A stretch of DNA of 64,000 nt, taken from assembly GCF_036321535.1 (NCBI RefSeq), contig NC_087436.1:117430001-117494000 (forward strand), written 5' to 3'. Position 1 is the first letter of the stretch; each line of letters begins with the position of its first letter. This stretch comes from Camelus dromedarius (taxonomy: Eukaryota). Under the pieces are notes generated by a model. The model saw only the letters and a program-made list of their open reading frames with translations, made no database searches and was not told the DNA's origin. This document shows positions 1 to 11,795 of this stretch, one piece after another. Made by a program: the position numbers and the translations under genes.

Positions 1-530
1 CTGCTGACACCGAGGGGGAAAATATTCCCATGTTCTTCCTTAGGGGTCTTCAAAGACTGCTCTCCTGCTAGGACGTGCGTTCTCAACGGGGCGAAAATCA
101 CCCGCAAAGAGAAGAAAAAAAAAATCTTCGTTTTTTTTTTCTGTATAAAGCACAAATATTCAAGTCATATATTAGGAAAAAGATGTTTTTAAAAAAGACT
201 TCTCAGGAGGTGATAATAAAGAAAGGTAGAGGAACACTGTGCTAGAGTTATGGGGATTCCTTCTTTGTCAGAATCCTTCCTCCTACTCATTTCAGTCTTT
301 ATCTTCACCAGGAAGCCTAGTGTGGCTTCTCTGTCCTGACGGTACAGGACATAAAGAAGGAGAAATCTGCCTGAACAAAACAGAACCACTGCAAGTCAGT
401 GAGCATCAGCTCTGGCTGTGTATCAGTCACCTCTGCAGCTTTCTGAAGGGAAGCTATCTTGTCCCCGTCTCCAAAATTCTGAACTGGGGGTCTGAGGAAG
501 GCCCTGAGCGCCTGGGATTGTAATTTTAGT

Positions 531-565
531 TGTGTGTGTATGTGTGTGTGTGTGTATGCATGTGT
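531..565. repeat. (TG)n microsatellite, imperfect
   Basis: tgtgtgtgtatgtgtgtgtgtgtgtatgcatgtgt read directly. Confidence 0.9.
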
Positions 566-995
566 TTTAACTCCACAGTTGATTCTGATGCCTGCAACCG
601 GAACTCTCTAGAAAACTGATTTCTAAAGCATCACACTGTTTTGCTTTGTTTTTAATGTTGACTTATCTTTCCCACCTTTGAACATACAATCTTATAGCCT
701 TGCATAGATTTCAAGAACCCTACGTCCTGAGCTTGCGAACTTGGGCTAATAGCAGGGTGAAAGGGAAGCAACTTCCAGCATCAGAGGAATGAACTGTCTT
801 TGAGAAGGTGGGAGGCAGCCTCGCTGCTGGCCTCGGGGCAGGGCTTTCACGCCCGGGCTGCGGCGACTCCCTGCTTCCCTGGGTCTCAGCAAGAAGGCAC
901 GCTCCTCAAACTCCTCTGCCTCTGAGCAGGCACTTAGTCCCTTTTCCTCTAAGATGACACTCTGGAGGGCAGGCCTATGATTTCCATTTCCTTTT

Positions 996-1125
996 ATTTT
1001 TATTTTTTTGGTGGTGAGGGTAAATAGGTTTATTTATTTATTCTCAGTGGAGGGACTGGGGATTGAACCCAGGACCTTGTGCATACTAAGCACGCACTCT
1101 ACCGTGGAGCTATGCCCTCCCGCCC
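996..1125 (-). mobile_element. tRNA-Ala-derived camelid SINE (Vic-1-like)
   Basis: Minus strand reads GGGAGGGCATAGCTCCACGGTAGAGTGCGTGCTTAGTATGCACAAGGTCCTGGGTTCAATCCCCAGT (tRNA A/B boxes), then an A-rich tail. Target-site duplication ccatttcctttt at 984-995 and 1126-1137. Confidence 0.85.
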
Positions 1126-1439
1126 CCATTTCCTTTTCATGCCCCACAGCCCCGGTTCAGACGCTGAGTCCAGGCTCTGCCACACATCAGCAGTGAGCTC
1201 CTGGGCACGCCACTTAGCACCACAGGTGCCCCAAACATCTTACAGCGCAATGAAGTCTTCCGAACCTCGCCACTTCCTTAAACTACTCAGGTACTCACGT
1301 TCTTATAGATAAGGGCATATAAGGACACAAAGAGATAAATCCTCTCACCTCTCCCCAGCCTCAACAAGGTCTACCTCCTGAGGCTGGGCTGGACTAGGCG
1401 CCGGTTCTAGGTGCCCCCACAGCATCCGGCACAGACACT

Positions 1440-1580
1440 TACACAGTATGCACCTGTGACCTATTCACCTGTCTATCACAGCCTAAAATGAGCTGCTGGA
1501 GGGTGAGAAACGTGCCTTGTTCACCTGTCACCAGAACTGTACGCATCTCAGGCTCTCCTGAAATATTCAATGAACGAAGG
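1440..1580 (+). mobile_element. L2 3' end fragment
   Basis: gagctgctggagggtgagaaacgtgccttgttcac...aaatattcaatgaacgaa resembles the L2 3' terminus. Confidence 0.55.
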
Positions 1581-2938
1581 GGCAGCTGCTGTTGGTGGTG
1601 AGGAAGTAACCATTCCCTCACTCCCCATCCCAAGTTCTAGACCAACTGGGAGAGAGAAAGGAACAGGCTAATAAAGATCAACTGTCCGCTGTTTTACCGA
1701 CAGAGCTATGGGAAGAAGATGGTTTTGGTGAACGAGGACAAAGTGCTTCCTCATCCTGAAACCCAGAAATAGACAGACTTGCACACCGGGTTCCCAGTTA
1801 CCGTGAAAACCTAGAGACGTCTCACATCAGGGCTGCCCCATAAAGCTACGGCACAGATGAGCAGCCTGGAATCTGCTCAGACCGCAAGCAGCTGGCTCCC
1901 AAGAGCAAGAGAGGGCTGAGCTACCCATCTGCGTCTTCATCCCAAATCCAGTCAGGAAGTCCACAACCTCCCAGAGAAGGAGCGAGTGAGGGGAAGGGCC
2001 GGGAGATGGCAGTGTTTACGGAAAGCTCCAGCTTGTGGAAACAAGGAAAGAGAGAACAAGCTTCTCCCTCCAGCAGTTTACATAAACTCCCCTGCGCTTA
2101 CTTTCCCCTGCCTGCCTGCTCCCTCACTCCCGAGCCTGCCCTCCAGGACTCTCAGCTCCTCCTGATGGCCCCTGGAGGAGAAACTGTGATCACACAGTTC
2201 CTTCTGCATTTTCCAGGCGCTGCTGGTACTTCCAAACAATTACGCCTGCGTTCTAAACAAACCACCCCTTCAGATGCCAACTCTGACTTGTACCAACATC
2301 TCTCCCTCTTTTTCTGTTATCCAGCAGCCTCCAGAACACTCTTCAATGTGCAGTGAGGACTCTGAAGTATGATTAACAACCTTCCCCTCCATGTCAACTC
2401 CTGGGATTGTACTCAAGAGATTTCAATCCTCGTGAATGATGGACCATTAGACATCCTGCCTCAAGGCTCCCAACTACTCCCAGCAGTGACCTCAACTCTA
2501 ATTCAATGAAGCCTGTACCTGCAGTTACCCTGGTAGCTGTAACTACTCTGAAAACAAACTCTGAGACCTGATTCTCACCCACGACAATTCTCCATCCTTC
2601 CTCTCCGTACTCCTGTACTTTGTCTTCTTAAGGACCTTCAGTCAATCCTTCCCCCTCAATGGTTTACAAATGAACTAGGTCCTTCTTAAATTCACTATCT
2701 TCCTCACCCTACAGAACATTCATGCTGAAAAGGCCCACTGAAATAATTGCCAGTCTCATCCACTCTGTTGTACATGACCAGGACACATACACTCTTTTCC
2801 AGCTTTGTATCACCAGTCCCTCCAACATGGTGACTGGCAGAAAGCAGGTGCTTACTAAGTGAGGAACTCAACGGACAAAACATAACATGAAAAATAAAAC
2901 AAGCATGTTTAACTTATGAAGCAATAAAGTTTTCTTAC

Positions 2939-3080
2939 CTGCTAGCGTGAAAGTTGTCTTTCACAGTTTTAAAGAAATCAGCGTAATAGGTCACAGCTAT
3001 GGATGCCACAATCCAGAACCCAGAATGGATATTAAGTCTTGGAAGAGGTTTCTCCTTTTTCTCAACAGCTGTAGAGGCTT
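2939..3080 (-). CDS. TMEM128: Transmembrane protein 128, coding exon 2 (gene continues left of the window)
   Basis: Acceptor ttctttgtag| at 3081 and donor |gtaag at 2938; 142 nt. Encodes (E)[46 protein letters not shown], matching recalled mammalian TMEM128. Phase fits exon 1. Confidence 0.95.
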
Positions 3081-3879
3081 CTACAAAGAAGGGAGATTTC
3101 AGCTTATCAAACAGCCATTAACTTCATAGGAAAAAATTACACCTATTTTATGTCAAATAAAATAATTTCCTAGAGCTTTCTAAGAACCAGACTCTCTCCC
3201 ACTATAGTACCAATTTCTTCTGTAAAACCATCAAAATAAGTTTATATTTCTAGAAATAATAGGAGCCTACTGTAAAACATGTTCAATACAGTCAACTTCT
3301 CTTCCTCTAAACGAATTGTGGAATCAAATTTACTTATACAGGCTTTTGGAAAGAATAATGCCCTCAGGCAGTAAAGGAATTTTAATGTTATGTTTCATAT
3401 ATCACCAAGGAAAGTGATTAGTCCTGTTAAGAAAAATGTAAATAGCAAACATTAGAACACAAAATGGACTTGGGATTTTCCAAAACTACTACTTACAACT
3501 ACATACTTTAATTATTTTAAACAAATATAACCTTTTGAGGCAGCTCAAAAGTGGAAAGGGTACACTGGAGGTCTAGTCCCAGCACAGCCCTGTCAAGACA
3601 GGTGATGAACAAGTCAAATTCCTTCCATTTGGGACCCACTCTGAAAGAACAGGCTCAGTCTGTGCATTTAATAGGCCCAGTCTGAAAGAAAAGCTCCCCA
3701 GGTGACTGAAATGCCCTTTCTCTTAGTTCATGTGAGAATCACTGATATGCATCTGAGGTGCTCAACCTTTAGCTGACCATCATAATTCCTGGGAAGCATA
3801 ATACAAAATCTGGGAGACACCATCAAAATTTATAAACCAGCATGCCTGGACATGATGTATTCTGTGTTCATTTTCAAAA

Positions 3880-4345
3880 GGTAATAAATACAGAAGGTTT
3901 ACAACACACAGGAAAGAAAGATCTAAAATGAAACCTCTCTCTCCTATCCTTAACCCCAGTTCCCCAGCCCCAAAGCAACTACCAGCAACAACTTCTATGA
4001 ACTTCTGCATACTCTATGTATCTATAGGTGAACACACATTACACGTTATCTGGTTTGTACCCAAACGGTAGCACACCATATTTTGTTCTGGGCCTCCCTT
4101 TTAAAATCATCCACATTGGTACATAAAAGTCGGCCTGCTGTGTCATGTAGATACATCAAAATGTATTAAACCAGCTCTCTGCTGACGGGCAATTAGATGT
4201 TTCTAGTCGTTCGCTATTACAGGCAATGCTGAGACGAAGCACTGCACACACATCCTTGTGTACAGCTACAAGTATGCTTCTTTGGTAGATTCTTAGAGCT
4301 ACAACTGGTGGGTATTTTTTATTTTAATGGATATTGCCAAGTTGG
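3880..4345 (-). mobile_element. Old L1 (L1ME-like) 3' fragment
   Basis: Degenerate antisense L1 3'-region motifs (tttctagtcgttcgctattacaggcaatgctg...ggatattgccaa). Confidence 0.55.
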
Positions 4346-4489
4346 TGTTAAACCAGCTCTCCTGGGACTCCTGAAGCGCAGCTGAGATGAAAATACGCAG
4401 GGCTACGTGACCTCTAAAGATCTTTTACGGCACTAAATACCCGACTTCCAAAACTACTTGGTAAGCCTGGAAAAAACGAAACCCGGTCC

Positions 4490-5010
4490 CTCCTGACTGG
4501 GCAGGGCTGCGGGAGGCCCGCGGGACGAGCCGTGTCCGAGTGCCTCGCCTCCGGGAACCTCGGCGCCGCTCGGAGCGCGCCCGGGGAGCGCCTCACCTGG
4601 CCCGGTGGAGCCCTGGTGGTCTGGCGGGACTTCCGCGTCAGGCAGGAACAGGTATCTTCGCCGGAGCTGCTCCCGAGCCCGAAGTGCGTCCATCTTGACA
4701 CCGCTCAGAGACGGGGCGGAAGTGACGTCAAATCCACCGGAACTTCCGATATCCGTTCCCCACGGAGGGAAGGGGTTTCTTACGTGAAGGGTGGAGACTA
4801 TGTTGCCTTCGTGGTTTTAGTTGGTGTGAATGTAGAGCGAGGGTGGCTTCGCCATCTCAGTGCTCAAATTCACGAACGATATGAATCTCAAAATACGAAT
4901 CTTTCCCTGGCAAAGATGTCCCGTGTGTTCCGACTACGGAAGCCCAGAAGGACCGAGCTTACCGATGCCGGCCAGTGCGGGCGGGCGGGGCTGCGCGGCC
5001 CTGCGGTGTC
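4490..5010. promoter_or_regulatory. CpG-island promoter of TMEM128
   Basis: High GC and CpG density around the TMEM128 ATG. ETS-CRE composite GCGGAAGTGACGTCA at 4716-4730, inverted ETS pair CGGAACTTCCG at 4738-4748, GC box GGGCGGGCGGGG near 4979-4990. Confidence 0.85.
4597..4693 (-). CDS. TMEM128: Transmembrane protein 128, coding exon 1
   Basis: ATG at 4693; encodes MDALRAREQLRRRYLFLPDAEVPPDHQGSTGP (human recalled as MDSSRARQQLRRRFLLLPDAE...). Donor CAG|GTGAG at 4596; 97 nt, phase 1. Confidence 0.93.
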
Positions 5011-7464
5011 GCCTGGTTCCTTTTGCTCTCTGCGTATGGAACTGTCCCTGGCTCCTCTGTGCCCAGAGCATCTCAGCCCCCAGTTTCTTTCCTCCTCCGC
5101 TGCCTCCTCCTCAGGAGTCGCCTAGTTAGACTTGAAAGGGTTGGAGGAGGAGATCCCAGGATGAGGAAAGGACCGCTGGGCCGGGGAGCCTGGGCCTGGC
5201 ACTGATTGCTTGGGTGCGCTTGGGCAAAAAATAAACCTCTCGGGACCTGTTTCATCTTATGCAAAACAAGGGTTTTACTTGCCTCATGGGTTTGTTCTGG
5301 GGTTTAGATATGAAGCACCGATATGTGGTTTGTGTGAGCTCCCTTCTTAGGACTTGTGAGAAATTGCCCCCAGCTGAGAATGTGGGAGCTAAATTTGTAC
5401 TTTACTGGTGAACCGTCATTTTCCCATCGCTCACGCTCATAAACTGAAAAGGACTGTCACTGATTCACAAATTAATTTCCTTCAATATTCCTGTTTCCTG
5501 CTCTCCTGCCTTCTCACTGTGTCGTGTGTTGAGAAATTTCGTGCTTAACCATTCAAACGTTTGCTGAGCACCTACTATCTGCTAGAAACTGTTAGGCACA
5601 TGCTAGGCAGTGGAGATAAGAATAAGACCTGACGTTGCACTTGAGGAGCTCCTGGGCGGAAGATGACCACAGAGACTTACTACAGTATAGAGCAGAGTTT
5701 AGAAATCTACAGAAGTGTTTCATTAGTTCAGTCAACAAACAATCTCTGAGCAACTGCATCTGCTAAAGTGCCGAGGACAGAAGTATGTTAGAATCTAGTG
5801 GAGAAGACAATTTCAATCCAATGCTGTAACAGAGACACTGTATATGGGGTTCTGGGAGCACAGAACAAAGGACATCCGTTCATCCTGCTGGGGTGTCTGG
5901 GGACCAGGGAGAGTGGCTTGAATACACGGATGGATAGTCCAGAAAGCCTCTCAGGAAGTAAAATTTGAATTATTAGGCACTCTTTAATATCTTCTATATG
6001 TTGTGAGTATTTGCAGAAAAAATGTAATATTCAAGAAAAGAATGTCAAATTTCTACAGACATATTTCTGTCATTTCCTCAGTCTTTCTAGCAAACCGTTT
6101 GGAGCAAAGGATTTCACAGCTGGGTGGATCGTATGGCCTTCCTCCACAATACCTCCTTTTTCCCAGTTTGCTTTTTTTTTTTTTTTTTCTTTTTCTTTTC
6201 AGACTCCTAAAGAACCAGAGTTAGTCTCTTCAAAGACAGCTGGAGTCTTTGCCCTCCCTCCTCTCATAAAGGGTTAGAAGCCTTGTTAACAGGAAGTGAA
6301 TCCTCCTATCAAATGCAATCTTCTGTTGACTGTCCCCTTGCAAAAAGGTCAGCGCTGGGTCTCCCTTGTAATTGAATATTCCCCAGAGCATCACAGCCAT
6401 TCCAGGGTTTCCATATGTAGTATGTTCAGGTCAGATCGGTTTCCCCTTTGGTGGTTTCAGGGCCTTTGTATTTGGATCTGAAATCCTTTCAGCCCCTTTT
6501 CCCTGATATTTTAAATGCAATCCTTGCAGACCACATTGATAATATCTAAAAGCAGGTTGGAAAAAATCCAGTATTTAATGGCCACATCTTCATTGCCTTC
6601 ATGCCTGTACTGTGCACGTTAATGATAGATACACGATATCAGATTGCTTCCAGCCAAGAAATTTCATTTTCAGTGTGAATTGCTTGTGGGGAAGAAAGAT
6701 CAATTTGACTATGACCTTTGCTGGCCTCCCCTTAGCAATGAGGTTAAGTCCAGGGTGTTTATAGACTATCGATTCCTGGCTCCATCACTCTGCGCCCCGG
6801 GCAAATTTTTTCATTGTTCTAAGTATCAGTTTCCTCATCTGTGACACACAGGTACCAGAGTGAAGATAAATGTATACTGAGCAGTTAGCCTAGTGCCTGG
6901 CATGTTCAAACAGTGGCAATTATCATTCACTGCTACTTATCTGGGCTTGTCAGGCCTTCCAGATATGGTTCCTGCTTACCTCCTGATCAGTCATTCCCTT
7001 CTTCTTGGACTCCAGTTACTCTTTGTGGCCATTTTCCTTCTGTTTGTGCTCTCCCAGTTGATTAGGGGCTACAACCATGTCTTAGTAGCTCCCCAGTGCC
7101 TTGCAAACACCTGGCATGTAGTAGGAATTCCATTACCTGGTTTTCACTTTGAGCCTCAGTCTTCAGTGTGGACATGCAGGGGTCTACCTAGCATCCCTTC
7201 CTCTGAAAAACTGCTTTTTCTCCCTTCTGTTGTAGTCCTGCATGTTCTCCGGAGGCTGGCCCTGTCCAGGGGAGAGGCACATGACCCAGACCAGACCTGT
7301 CAGTCCGCAGGATTTCGGCTGGGGCTGTTGGGAAGACCTCTGTTGGTTTGTAAGCTGTGACATCCACATGGGCTGAGGGCTTCCACCATGGAGACACATG
7401 GAAGGAAGCCCTGAGATGAAAGACAAGCCAAGAGGGCTTAGTAGGAATAGAGGGATAAAGGGGC

Positions 7465-7710
7465 GAGAGAGGGTGGCCATGTCCCCAATCTCAGGCAAGT
7501 CCCCACCAGTGAGGGTCCTTGGCTTCACACAGGAAAGGATTCAAGAGCGAGCCACAGTTGAGTAAAGGTAGATTCATTCAGAGAGACACAGACTTCATTC
7601 ACAGCATGCAGGCCATCTCAGAAAGCCAAAGAGGCCGCAAGGCGCGGTGAGGGTGGTTAAAGCAAAAGTGGATACTCCGTGGAGTGCGGGCGGTCTCAAA
7701 AGGCAGGCGA
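7465..7710 (-). mobile_element. ERV1-type LTR fragment
   Basis: gggtccttggcttcacacaggaaaggattcaagagcgagccacag...cagagagacacagac...ggccatctcagaaag resembles antisense laurasiatherian ERV1 LTR text. Truncated on the right. Confidence 0.55.
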
Positions 7711-7749
7711 AACCATCTTCAACATTTGCACTAACAATTGGCTTTATCA

Positions 7750-8244
7750 TTTTGGTAAAACTTTCTCAGTTGATTTTTTGGTGGATGGGGGAAGCCTGCC
7801 ATTTTAACTTGTTTTTCTTTATTAACAGATTTTTTTCACATATTAATTGGCTATTTGAACATTAATTTCCTTTTGGGATTTTCATTCTTTGTTTATTTTT
7901 ATAGATCAGAGACCTCACTGAATATCAAATTTGTGACAAGTGTATTTTTTCCAGTTTATTATTTACCTTTGAAGGTCAATCATGTCCATACCTATTTTTT
8001 TTTTGGTAAAACTTTCTCAGTTGATTTTTTGGTGGTTGGGGGAAGCCTGCCATTTTAACTTGTTTTTCTTTATTAACAGATTTTTTCACATATTAATTAG
8101 CTATTTGAACATTAATTTCCTTTTGGGATTTTCATTCTTTGTTTATTTTTATAGATCAGAGACCTCACTGAATATCAAATTTGTGACAAGTGTATTTTTT
8201 CCAGTTTATTATTTACCTTTGAAGGTCAATCATGTCCATACCTA

Positions 8245-8250
<6 letters not shown>
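7750..8250. repeat. Direct tandem duplication, 2 x ~250 bp
   Basis: 7750-8000 and 8001-8250 are identical except for 2 substitutions and one T-run length difference. Confidence 0.95.
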
Positions 8251-8275
<25 letters not shown>

Positions 8276-9641
8276 CTTCACTCTCCATAGCTGGTGATGA
8301 AGAGTCTGAATGAGTTTGCCACACAGGCAGGCAGCGTTAGTACATGTCACCCCAGAGTTACTGTCACTTGGACCCACTTCAAATGGACCTAGTTATTTCC
8401 CTCCCATGTGTTACTCAGCTAGCTCCACTGGGAGAGGTTCTTTTAGTTAACCACAATGCAACCAACTAAGTAATAGTAATGACAACCATAGTATAACCAT
8501 TATCATCATAAAATACATGTACAATTTTTTAAAAAGAAGCTTATTGGCATCCCTCTGAAGTATTCCACAGATTGAAAGAAAAAGGATTTCAGCCAAGTCT
8601 GAGGGAGGGTGACAGCCAGGATGGCTCTAGGGACATAAACAGGAGTCAGCTGTAGCAGATGGCGGTGTGCCTGGCACCATCCCTCTGATCCTTAGCATCT
8701 GCGTGCACGCCCTCCTGCTTCCCACACTCAGCACCTGTGTCTCTCTGCCTGGGGATTTCTCTGGACCCGTCCTTTTTAAGCAGTGAGAGGCACAGGGCAT
8801 CCTCACAGAAAGGAAATCAGCGTGAGCCCACCAGATGTCTACTGCACCAGCAGAGGAGAGCCCCCGGAGACCCTCTAAGGCCAGGCAGTGTGCTGTTTTC
8901 TCGGATCGGACGTTGGGGAGGTGAGTGGGGAAGCTTCCTTGTGGCTGCCGGCTTATCAGGCAGAAGAGAGATACTGGTCTCAACCAAAAGATCAGGACAG
9001 GAAAAAGGACCGTCCCTAAAACTAGAAAGAAAAGGAAGAGGTAAGTGGGAGGGAACAGGCCTAGAATTGAGTGGGCAGGCCAGGTAGGCAGGAATCCTTG
9101 TCTGTGTGTGGCCCCAAGCACTCCTGGAAATTCTGGCTGTGTGGCCAATTGGGGAGCAATGTTTGGGTCCACTGAGTTCTGCGGGAGGACAGTCTTCTGT
9201 ATTAATTGCTAACATTTGAGCTGCTATCAGGGGAGAATGGAGGTATCCTCCCCAGGTGCCCAGAATCCTCCAGGCCATTAATGCCAGTCTTGTTGATACG
9301 ATTTAAATGGTTCAGCACCTGGAACTTGGCCTGTTACTGATCTGATCAAATAAAACTAATTTTCCTTTCAAAAAACTCCCATGTTTTTAATAATATAGCC
9401 TACCTCACATTATCATCCATTTCCACTAAGTAAACCAGCTTACAAGGCCTATTTTAATCATTTCTGGAAGCTTAATCAGAAGAAGGGATAAAGGCTGAAT
9501 ACATTCTGAGCTCCAGTAACCACGACACCATAAATTGGATAAAACCATGAAAAGGGCTTTCTGATCCCATGACCCATTATGAAAACCACTTGAAAGTCCT
9601 TGGCCTGGACATTTTTTTAAAGCTCTACCTGGAATATCTTT

Positions 9642-9762
9642 GTTTTTAATTTTTGTGGGGGTGATTAGTTTTATTTATTTATTCAGTGGAGGTACTGGGG
9701 ACTGAACCCAGGACCCTGTACATGCTGAGCATGCGCTCTACCACTGAGCAATACCCTCCCCT
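9642..9762 (-). mobile_element. tRNA-Ala-derived camelid SINE (Vic-1-like)
   Basis: Minus strand GGGGAGGGTATTGCTCAGTGGTAGAGCGCATGCTCAGCATGTACAGGGTCCTGGGTTCAGTCCCCAGTACCTCCA plus A-rich tail. TSD tggaatat(c/t)ttt at 9630-9641 and 9763-9774. Confidence 0.88.
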
Positions 9763-9869
9763 TGGAATATTTTTATAATAGTGATCTAAATCATCAGTGC
9801 TAAGAAAAGGCAGATGCAGACAAGGATGGGGATCCTGACCAAAGGAAAGAAAATCCAAGTTATCAAGGA

Positions 9870-10075
9870 GAGACCTGAGTTCCAATGTTGATTCTTACTG
9901 TGTGACCCGGGGCAAGTCATTTAAGCTCTCTGCCCTTGTCATGCATGAAATGGGTACGATAATATCACCCTCCTCGAGCTGTTGGAGGATTTAATGATAT
10001 AGATGGAGAGAGAGGGCTTAGCACTGTGCCTGACATATAGGAAGTACTCCATAAAAGGGAACAATTATTATTGTC
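9870..10075 (+). mobile_element. MIR SINE
   Basis: agacctgagttcc...tgtgtgacccggggcaagtcatttaagctctctg...gggcttagcactgtgcctgacatataggaagtactcc matches the MIR core and tail. Confidence 0.7.
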
Positions 10076-10414
10076 GTGGTTAAGTTGTTATTGTTATTGG
10101 GGAAGTAAGTGGTATCCTGGCAGTAGGGAAAGGCAGTCCAAGAGTGGCACGTGGTCAATCCCAAAGGAGCAGCAGGTCATAGCAACACAGCCTTGAAGGG
10201 GTGAGGCTGGTGGCCACGTGTCTGGCTGTAGAAGGAGAGGAGGATTGAGGATGGTGAAGACAGTGGCCCTCTCTGACCGAGCACTGCACCCATAGCAACC
10301 GTTTAATCCTCGTAGCAGCAACCAGATGAGGCAGGATTCCCATTTTATACATGAGGAAATTGAGGCACAAAGCTCTTTCATTATGAGATCCGAGGAAGCT
10401 TTATTTCCTTGATA

Positions 10415-10864
10415 CATAAGCAGACCTTGGAGATGCTGCAGGTTTGGTTCCAGACCACTTCAGTAAAGCGAGTATCTCAGTGAAGCCAGTCACATGAATT
10501 TTTTGGTTTCTGGCGTATATAAAGGTTATCTTTACACTATACTGGAGGCTATTAAATTAAGGGTGCAACAGCATTATGTCTTAAAAAAGCCAATGTATAT
10601 ACGTTTATTGAATTTAAAATGCAAGACAAAAAAATGACAATAGTAACATCAGAGAACCCCGATCACAGATCACTGTAACAGATATAATAATAATGGAAAA
10701 GTTTGAAATCTGGAGAGAATGACCAAAATGTGACAGAGACAGAAAGTGAGTAAATGCTGTTGGAAGAATGGCACCAGTAGACTTGTTTGGTACAGAGTTG
10801 CCACAAAGCTTCAGTTTGTAAAAACTGCAGTATCTGTGGATTGTAATAAAATGAGGTTTGCCTG
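10415..10864 (-). mobile_element. Internally deleted Tigger1 DNA transposon (Tigger1a-like)
   Basis: Both Tigger1 ends are recognisable (cagaccttggagatgctgcaggtttggttccagaccac... and ...aataaaatgaggtttgcctg), flanked by TA. About 450 bp with no transposase. Confidence 0.8.
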
Positions 10865-11300
10865 TAAGTGATGGAACGACCCGTTCAGTAGTTTAATTGC
10901 CCCACTGCTGAGTAAATACCTAGTTTCCCAGCACGTAAGGGCCCATCATCTCTCAGGTCCACAGCTAGGGAGGTGGAGAGAGAACTTGAACCCTTGGAAC
11001 TTTGGCTCCCGAGCCTAAGCTCTGAGCTGCTGTGCTAATGACGCAGAGCATCTCAGGACAGAAACTGTGGGAAAGTCCGAGTGCCTGGGGCTCATTCTTG
11101 CCGAGTGCTGGCTCCCTGGTGCAGGACTCCCTCATCCGGTTAGCAACCTGGAAGGCAACATGCGGTGGGTGACCTGGTTGTGCCTTTCCTACCCGGCCTG
11201 CTAACAGGAAACAGCATCCTCCTCGTCCTAAGAGCAGGAGAAGACCTCAAAGTCCTGAACCACACCGGAAAACCACCCCCAATTGACTGGAGTGAATTGG

Positions 11301-11795
11301 TGTCAATGAAGGTAATCAACAGTCATTCAAAAAGAATAGATAAAGAGTTTTATCTGAGCCAAACTGATGACCAGATTACTCTGAGAAACTGCTCCAGAGA
11401 AGCAGGGTTTTCAGCAGTGTTATATTTTGTCAGAAAAAAAGAACAGTAAACAATCAGGGACATGTTTCTTTAAGGTTAAAAAAAAAAAAAGCCAGACCAT
11501 CAGGTACATGTACAGCACATACAGTGGTGGCCTCGGCGCTGAGAAGGGAGTCTCGTCATCAGGGAGGACCAGTGTGGGGGTCCCAGGAAGAGGGGCGTTT
11601 AATCTTTATTTTTAACTCGGACACTCTTTCCTTCTAGTCCATGTGTTCTTTTTGTTTATAACTGAAGCAGATGTACAATGTATGTTTGATAGGCCACACA
11701 CAGGCTGTTTCAGAGAGCATAAAATTCCAGTTAACTTATGTATAAGCCAGAGTGACCTCCCCAGACCTCACTATATGAACCTTTCTTTTATTACA
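11301..11795 (-). mobile_element. Solo ERV1-type LTR
   Basis: About 495 bp bounded by TG...CA, containing gagttttatctgagccaaactg and ctctgagaaactgctccagagaagc motifs typical of antisense ERV1 LTRs. No clear TSD. Confidence 0.55.

Noticed and set aside
996..1125. tRNA-Ala-like sequences (also at 9642, 26130, 41717, 51775) as real tRNA genes
   Set aside because: They are diverged, carry SINE-type A-rich tails and, in several cases, target-site duplications. They are SINE copies.
4933..4950. ZNF143/SBS-like motif actacggaagcccagaag
   Set aside because: Spacing is one base off the ACTAYRNNNCCCR consensus; too weak to call
4532..5125. 197-aa plus-strand ORF antisense to TMEM128 exon 1
   Set aside because: Non-ATG start, no recognisable domain, and explained by stop-codon scarcity in a CpG island
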